This document shows, in pieces, positions 60,997 through 64,000 of a DNA stretch of 64,000 nt. How positions within the stretch are numbered: the stretch's first letter is position 1; every line of letters starts with the position of its first letter. The position numbers and the translations under genes are program-made. This stretch comes from Pseudomonadota bacterium. GTDB lineage: Bacteria > Pseudomonadota > Gammaproteobacteria > Burkholderiales > JABEVD01. The notes under the pieces were generated by a model. That model was not told the DNA's origin, made no database searches, and saw nothing but the letters and a program-made list of their open reading frames with translations. The stretch is from NCBI GenBank assembly GCA_021802655.1, contig JAJZRP010000001.1, positions 24,882-88,881 on the forward strand, read 5' to 3'.

Positions 60997-61318
60997 CAGC
61001 TTTCAAACATGCATTTCTGCAGCATCAATGCCGACTTATGCACATTTCCTGAAAAACCGGAAGGGGAAATCGCGAATTCGGCAAAATATAAATAACTACA
61101 TGATTTAAATTGGTATATTATTCGGCCTAATTATTGGGCAATGGCACGATAGCCTTCTGCGATAAAAACTTAGCAGTAATATGCCGAGTAACCCACAAAG
61201 TTATCAACAGGTTTTGTGAGTAACTTTTTTTGTCCATTTAAATAAACAGGTTGTATTGTTTTTCTAGAATCAACCCTAACGAACGTGCCTAAACCGGATT
61301 CGAGCATTTCCGATCAAA

Positions 61319-63487
61319 TTGGATAGTCCGCCCAAAATCATCAAGGTCGCCCTGGATGTTCCCCTCTCCACCCGGTTCGATTACCTGGCAGGAGATGCCA
61401 CGGTCGACGATATCGGCTCCCGGGTGGCCGTCCCTTTCGGAAAAAAGCTTCTCGTCGGCATCCTGCTGGATGTCGAATCCCGTTCCGAAATTCCGGCAAC
61501 CCGGCTGAAAAGCGCCGTCAGGATATTCCGGGATATCCCCCCCCTGGGCCGGAGCCTGCTCGACCTGTTCCGCTTCTGCAGCGATTATTACCATCACCCG
61601 ATCGGCTCCGTCATGCTGAATGCGCTGCCTGCCGGGCTGAAGACGACAAAGCCGGTCGAATTGAAGCGGCCCCGCTTCTTTTCCCTGACCGAAGCAGGAC
61701 GTCTTGCCCGGGTACGCGGCAAAAACATGAACGGATTGCTCGAATCCTTCAGACGGGAAGGCATGCTTGAATTCGAATCGATCCGGGCAAAATTCCCGCT
61801 GGCCGCACTCAGGAAGCTGCTCGATCAGGGCCTTTTGGAAGAAACCCCAGCGAAAATTCAAGCTCTGGAAATCGCGCCCTCCCCGGCCCTGAATGCCGGA
61901 CAGCAGCACGCCCTGGCACGCATTCTCGAAACTCCGCACGGTTTTCATCCCTGGCTGCTGTACGGCATAACGGGGAGCGGGAAAACCGAAGTCTATCTTC
62001 AAACCATAGCCGGAATCCTGCAATCCGGGAAACAGGTCCTGTTTCTGGTTCCTGAAATCAATCTCACCCCGCATCTGGAAAACGCTTTCAGATCGAGATT
62101 TCCCAATACACCCCTCGTCAGCCTGCACAGCGGGCTCAACGATACCGAGCGGCTGCAGAACTGGCTGAGCGCACAGGCGGGCGAAGCGAAAATAATCCTG
62201 GGCACGCGGCTCGCGATTTTCACGCCCCTGCCTTCCCTGGGGCTGATCATCGTCGACGAAGAGCATGATGCCTCCTTCAAGCAGCAGGAAGGCTTGCGCT
62301 ATTGTGCCCGGGATGTCGCCGTATTCAGGGCCAAGCAGGAATCCGTTCCGGTCATTCTCGGTTCTGCCACGCCTTCCCTCGAAAGTTATCACAGCGCGCA
62401 GCGGGGACGCTACAAGCTGCTCGAACTCAGGGACAGGGCGATCCCGAATGCCGCGCTCCCGGAGGTGCATTTCGTCGATCTTCGAACGGAAAAGCGCAAG
62501 GGCGGACTGAGCGAGAAGCTTCTCGGGGCCATTTCGATTCGACTGGAAAGGGGAGAGCAGAGTCTCGTTTTCCTGAATCGCAGGGGATATTCCCCGGCGC
62601 TGATTTGCAGTTCCTGCTCGTGGACGCCCAGCTGCAAGCGCTGCACCAGCCGTCTGGTGCTGCATTTGAAGGACAGGCGTCTGCGCTGTCATTACTGCGG
62701 ATTCGAGGAAAGCATTCCGCAGTCCTGCCCGGAATGCGGCAATCTGGATCTGAAGCCCGTCGGGCATGGGACGCAGCGCATCGAATCCGAGCTTTTCGAT
62801 CATTTCCCCGAGGCCAGAATTCTCAGAATCGACCGGGACAGCATCCGGAAAAAGCACGCCTGGAGCGAAATGCTCGGGAAGATTCATCGCAATGAAGCCG
62901 ACATTCTGGTGGGTACGCAGATCCTGGCGAAAGGGCACGATTTCCCGAACCTGACGCTGGTGGGCATATTGAATTCCGACGCCTCCCTCTACAGCAGCGA
63001 TTTTCGGGCTTCCGAGCGTCTTTTCGCGCAGCTCACCCAGGTTTCGGGGCGGGCAGGGCGCGCAGGCTCCCCGGGGGAAGTGCTGATCCAGACCGAATTC
63101 CGGGATCACCCCCTGTATGGTGCGCTGAAGCAGCACGATTACGATGCCATCGCTGCCATGCTGCTCGAAGAAAGGGCTGCCGCAGGCTTTCCCCCCTATG
63201 TCCATCAGGCATTGATCCGCGCGGAATCCATGTCGCTTGAAACGGCGATGGCCTTCCTGGAACAGGTCAGAACGATCGCATCGCCTCTGGGGCAGGATGT
63301 CACGATTTTCGATCCGGCAATGGCATCCATGGCCCGCTTGGGCAACATGGAAAGAGCGCAGATCCTGTTCCAGTCGCCTTCCCGCCAGAAGCTGCAGAAT
63401 TTTTTGAAGCTGCTGCTGTCGAAGCTGAACCCTGCGGCAACTCGCGCGGTGCGATGGCATGTCGATGTCGATCCCCTAGAGTTTTAG
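61319..63487 (+). CDS. priA: primosomal replication-restart helicase PriA
   Basis: TTG start. IKVALDVPLSTRFDY, Walker A GITGSGKTEVY, DEAH-like IVDEEHD, the Cys-rich zinc insert CSSCSW..CKRC...CHYCG...CPECG, and GTQILAKGHDFP. Confidence 0.95.
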   Translation: MDSPPKIIKVALDVPLSTRFDYLAGDATVDDIGSRVAVPFGKKLLVGILLDVESRSEIPATRLKSAVRIFRDIPPLGRSLLDLFRFCSDYYHHPIGSVMLNALPAGLKTTKPVELKRPRFFSLTEAGRLARVRGKNMNGLLESFRREGMLEFESIRAKFPLAALRKLLDQGLLEETPAKIQALEIAPSPALNAGQQHALARILETPHGFHPWLLYGITGSGKTEVYLQTIAGILQSGKQVLFLVPEINLTPHLENAFRSRFPNTPLVSLHSGLNDTERLQNWLSAQAGEAKIILGTRLAIFTPLPSLGLIIVDEEHDASFKQQEGLRYCARDVAVFRAKQESVPVILGSATPSLESYHSAQRGRYKLLELRDRAIPNAALPEVHFVDLRTEKRKGGLSEKLLGAISIRLERGEQSLVFLNRRGYSPALICSSCSWTPSCKRCTSRLVLHLKDRRLRCHYCGFEESIPQSCPECGNLDLKPVGHGTQRIESELFDHFPEARILRIDRDSIRKKHAWSEMLGKIHRNEADILVGTQILAKGHDFPNLTLVGILNSDASLYSSDFRASERLFAQLTQVSGRAGRAGSPGEVLIQTEFRDHPLYGALKQHDYDAIAAMLLEERAAAGFPPYVHQALIRAESMSLETAMAFLEQVRTIASPLGQDVTIFDPAMASMARLGNMERAQILFQSPSRQKLQNFLKLLLSKLNPAATRAVRWHVDVDPLEF

Positions 63488-63526
63488 GCTCCTGTAACGA
63501 TATAATTGCAACAACAGAGCATATTT

Positions 63527-64000
63527 ATGACACCCGACTTCAAAACCCATCTCGTTGCGCTTTTTTCCCAGGCGGCAGCCCGGATTTCCCCAGACAGCCC
63601 GGAAATTCATCTCGAGCGGCCGAAACTCTCCACCCATGGCGACTATTCCTGCAATATCGCCATGCAGCTGGCCAAATCGCTCAAGCAAAACCCCAGGCAG
63701 GTCGCTTCAAGCATTCTGGACGGGCTTCCCGAATCGGAACATATCGACAAGGTGGAAATCGCAGGGGCGGGATTCATCAACATTTTCCTGAAAAATTCGT
63801 CCAAACAGCGCATCCTGAAGCATATTCTGCAAAGCGGGGACGAATTCGGGAAATGCGCTCTCGGAGCAGGGCAGAAAGTCCAGGTCGAATTCGTCTCGGC
63901 CAATCCCACCGGCCCCCTGCATGTCGGCCATGGGCGCGGTGCCGCATTCGGAGCAAGCCTTGCGAATTTGCTGAGCTCGGCCGGGTTCGAGGTTACAAGG
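63527..64000 (+). CDS. argS: arginine--tRNA ligase (5' part; runs off window end)
   Basis: Not in the track because no stop is reached. ATG 63527 gives [20 protein letters not shown]...[14 protein letters not shown]...[13 protein letters not shown]...[23 protein letters not shown] (HIGH motif). Confidence 0.93.
   Translation, partial: MTPDFKTHLVALFSQAAARISPDSPEIHLERPKLSTHGDYSCNIAMQLAKSLKQNPRQVASSILDGLPESEHIDKVEIAGAGFINIFLKNSSKQRILKHILQSGDEFGKCALGAGQKVQVEFVSANPTGPLHVGHGRGAAFGASLANLLSSAGFEVTR

Noticed and set aside
61000-61318. The AT-rich, DnaA-box-containing hemE-priA spacer as the chromosomal replication origin. A hemE-adjacent oriC is known in Caulobacter and other alphaproteobacteria.
   Set aside because: Nearly all genes from about 26.5 kb to the window end lie on the plus strand on both sides of the spacer, including rplY, prs, gltBD, priA and argS. 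An origin here would put 35 kb of genes to its left head-on to replication. Only one perfect and two single-mismatch boxes are present, and no dnaA, dnaN, gidA or parAB neighbours. Whole-chromosome GC skew would settle it.
61289-63460. A 723-aa ORF antisense to priA, almost exactly the length of priA itself. Similar long antisense or alternative-frame ORFs occur elsewhere: 6662..8506 opposite ppk, 55798..57762 and 54436..55770 opposite gltB, 29647..31215 opposite prs-rplY, 52732..54387 opposite dgt-gltB, 774..1805 opposite hemF, and 24716..25753 opposite the ABC permease and ATPase genes.
   Set aside because: Their translations are Arg/Gly/Pro/His-rich and low in complexity, with no recognisable motifs. 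The opposite strand in each case encodes a full-length protein with clear motifs. Long stop-free antisense frames are an expected by-product of GC-biased codon usage. I treat them as artefacts, not overlapping genes.

Overview
This window looks like core chromosome of a beta- or gamma-proteobacterium, probably a Nitrosomonadales-like betaproteobacterium; that assignment is inferred from synteny only. It is densely packed with recognisable housekeeping genes.

Main synteny blocks:
- yihY-like, hemF, htpX
- mltA, zapA, 6S RNA, ppk
- metK, SAH riboswitch, ahcY, metF, yggX
- two lpxL paralogs and tRNA-Val
- polA / LOG / DUF2782 / thrB
- a GldAFG-like ABC system followed by mutM and arfB
- TPR, lolB, ispE, tRNA-Gln, prs, rplY, pth, ychF
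- surA, pdxA, rsmA, pldA
- thiD, thiE, hemL, engB, hemB
- mrcA divergent from pilMNOPQ, then aroK, aroB, dgt, gltB, gltD, hemE
- priA and the start of argS

I found no rRNA, no CRISPR array, no intact mobile element and no obvious defence island.

Several features cannot appear in a six-frame ORF track of ORFs of 60 aa or more:
- a 6S RNA directly after zapA
- an SAH riboswitch starting about 10 nt after the metK stop
- a 54-aa rubredoxin with a TTG start
- two tRNAs

The only clearly accessory stretch is about 1.7 kb (3.3-4.96 kb). It holds an orphan hicB, the decayed 5' end of an IS1182-type transposase, and several tiny ORFs.

The best candidates for something undescribed are modest:
- a pair of unknown-function ORFs whose start codons overlap the preceding stop codons, chained to the 3' end of polA
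- a seven-gene same-strand chain linking a GldG-type ABC system of unknown substrate to mutM, arfB and a secreted MBL hydrolase
- a roughly 32% GC island with DnaA-box-like motifs upstream of priA

All homology calls come from motif recognition by eye, with no searches run. Many long ORFs antisense to real genes in the track are treated as compositional artefacts.
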